DNA of 64,000 nucleotides from the human T2T-CHM13v2.0 reference genome, Homo sapiens. Positions within the stretch are counted from its first letter, which is position 1. Each line of letters starts with the position of its first letter. This document shows, one piece after another, positions 62,766 through 64,000 of the stretch. The DNA lies in the NCBI RefSeq assembly GCF_009914755.1, contig NC_060948.1; one strand, 5' to 3'. Under the pieces are notes generated by a model. It ran no database searches, was not told the origin of the DNA, and saw only the letters and a program-made list of their open reading frames with translations. A program made the translations under genes and the position numbers.

Positions 62766-64000
62766 AGATCCATATTTTTTAAATGAAAAAAAATTTCAAA
62801 GGTACTCTGCTTGGTACAATAATCAAATGTATAAACTGAGGAATAAAACATAACCATGAAACCTACTTATAACTGCATATGGAAAATACAGAGGATAATT
62901 TTTTAAATAACATATTTTGAAAGCCTTAACTAGTAATTTGAAGAGTTGGCATTTGAAAGGCCAGTATGAATATACCTTCAAAGCAGCAACACAGGTTCCC
63001 CATGAGAAAAAGCAAACACAGGGAAAATAAAAACACAAAGGTTCAATCTCTTCTGACCTTTGAAAGACACAGCACAGACAGTGGTCCTTAGGACGAAGAG
63101 CAGGAGACCCCTAATTCCGTCACCATGGCGATAGGGCATAAACATTGCTGGGTGAGGGCACAATCCACATTGTGAGGTCCAACTGCTGCCAGGAAGACAG
63201 GAGTGCTTTTACATAGACCGAAAGGTCATTGAAGGCTCAGAGTTTTGTTTCAAGAACTGAATCCCAAGCCCACACGTTATTAGGCTGCGCTTCTTAAAAC
63301 AAGTGATGAGATGGGAAAAAGGGCACCCACAAACATACGTATACATTATGTATATAATAATATACAGTATCATATATATAATATATATAACCTATGTATA
63401 ATATTGTTTTACATCCTGCATCTTATGTTATATATATTGTATAAAATATAATAATTGATAATATATAAGTTTTATAATTATACAATATGACATATAGTAT
63501 ATATTATAATTTATGACATATATAATATATGTTATATATCATATATAGAATATATTATACGGTTAATATACGTATTAAATGTAAATTATACCTTATATAT
63601 ATTATATATAATATAACTGTTATATATAATACCCATTATGCATAATATATATATTATGTCTATGTTATATATAGTATAAAACAACATATAATAATATATA
63701 ATTGTATATATAAAATGCGACATATAATATATATTATATTTTATAACATATGTAATATATATTATATATTATATATAATACGTTGTATGTATAATACCTA
63801 TATTAAATATATATTATATGACTATGTTATTAATTACATGTCACATGTGTTATATATTATATATTTTACATAGAATATACCGGTTACATACAATATATAC
63901 TATGTTACCTATAATGTATAATTTATTACATGTAAAATAAAGAATGCAATATATTATGTATAATTTATAATATACAATATGTGGAATGTGATATATGTAA

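Overview
The whole 64-kb window is one head-to-tail tandem array of a ~2.42-kb unit: 26 full copies plus a partial 27th. Unit starts U1-U27 are 1, 2423, 4845, 7267, 9689, 12111, 14531, 16951, 19371, 21791, 24213, 26635, 29057, 31479, 33897, 36319, 38739, 41158, 43578, 45998, 48418, 50836, 53256, 55676, 58096, 60514 and 62932, giving unit lengths of 2418-2422 bp. Each unit has a ~570-bp mixed-composition HSATI-like segment, a ~1.56-kb degenerate (TA)-rich block and a ~290-bp diverged antisense Alu. This layout, the unit size and a predicted 2148-bp HaeIII fragment match the human DYZ2/HSat1B satellite, most likely from Yq12 heterochromatin; related copies occur on acrocentric short arms. I see no credible protein-coding or RNA genes, and all ORFs in the track are by-products of the repeat. 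I found no new gene system. What is notable is a variant-level structure: a near-identical monomer run (U2-U6), a three-copy dimeric higher-order repeat (U8-U13), a dimer nested in a 9678-bp four-unit tandem duplication (U16-U25), chimeric units with mappable crossover intervals (U1, U26) and a short apparent gene-conversion patch (U12/U13). Each unit also has a speculative latent splice architecture. Variants were compared by eye, so they need confirmation by alignment.
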